This document shows positions 63,983-64,000 of a stretch of 64,000 nucleotides of DNA, one piece after another. Positions within the stretch are counted from its first letter, which is position 1. Each line of letters opens with the position of its first letter. Made by a program: the position numbers and the translations under genes. The notes beneath the pieces were generated by a model. The model saw only the letters and a program-made list of their open reading frames with translations. It did not search any database and was not told the origin of the DNA. This stretch comes from Flavobacteriales bacterium (lineage in GTDB: Bacteria > Bacteroidota > Bacteroidia > Flavobacteriales_F > PHOS-HE28). Location: the NCBI GenBank assembly GCA_035325445.1, contig DAOKZW010000011.1, positions 39,815 to 103,814 of the forward strand, given 5' to 3'.

Positions 63983-64000
63983 TGATGTCGACCACCTTCA

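Noticed and set aside
1-64000. A search for mobile elements, prophage remnants, defence systems, toxin-antitoxin pairs, tRNA and rRNA.
   Set aside because: I recognised no transposase, integrase, recombinase, reverse transcriptase, nuclease or NTPase defence signatures, no cloverleaf-like tRNA sequences in intergenic regions, and no rRNA-like stretches. Gene content is housekeeping, envelope and secreted-protein genes throughout.

Overview
GC-rich chromosomal segment of Bacteroidota type, judged from gldB/gldC, several type IX secretion (T9SS) C-terminal sorting domains and TAnnTTTG-like -7 boxes. I found no rRNA, tRNA, CRISPR array, transposase, integrase or recognisable phage or defence gene. 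The backbone is a complete minus-strand dcw cluster at 16.8-33.2 kb: mraZ-rsmH-ftsL-like-ftsI-murE-mraY-murD-[orphan MurD C-domain ORF]-ftsW-murG-murC-ftsQ-ftsA-ftsZ, followed by a GatB/YqeY gene. Three 10-bp-phased GTGGGG-type MraZ-box candidates lie in its leader.

The most unusual content is a five-gene plus-strand operon (33.6-39.3 kb) transcribed divergently from mraZ. It encodes a UbiA-type phosphoribosyltransferase, a fused DprE1-DprE2-like epimerase, a HAD-IB phosphatase, a small membrane protein and a GT-C-like membrane protein. This is a decaprenyl-phospho-arabinose-type lipid-linked pentose system with no acceptor I can name.

Other content:
- Two two-component systems.
- An HmuY/TonB-receptor haem-uptake-like locus.
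- Secreted T9SS cargo: P-domain-CotH, a BNR propeller and a delta-60 repeat protein.
- gldB-gldC-nadE.
- An mgtE-serA-like-GDPD operon.
- A serS...rsmA operon joined by ATGA overlaps.
- queD-folE and fabD.
- The start of a polysaccharide locus (cpsB-like, rfbB, tviB-like).

Three intergenic short-tandem-repeat and hairpin loci (40.8, 57.2 and 59.5 kb) are not explained by any gene model. Many long ORFs antisense to real genes are high-GC artefacts. All family assignments rest on motifs read by eye, not on database searches.
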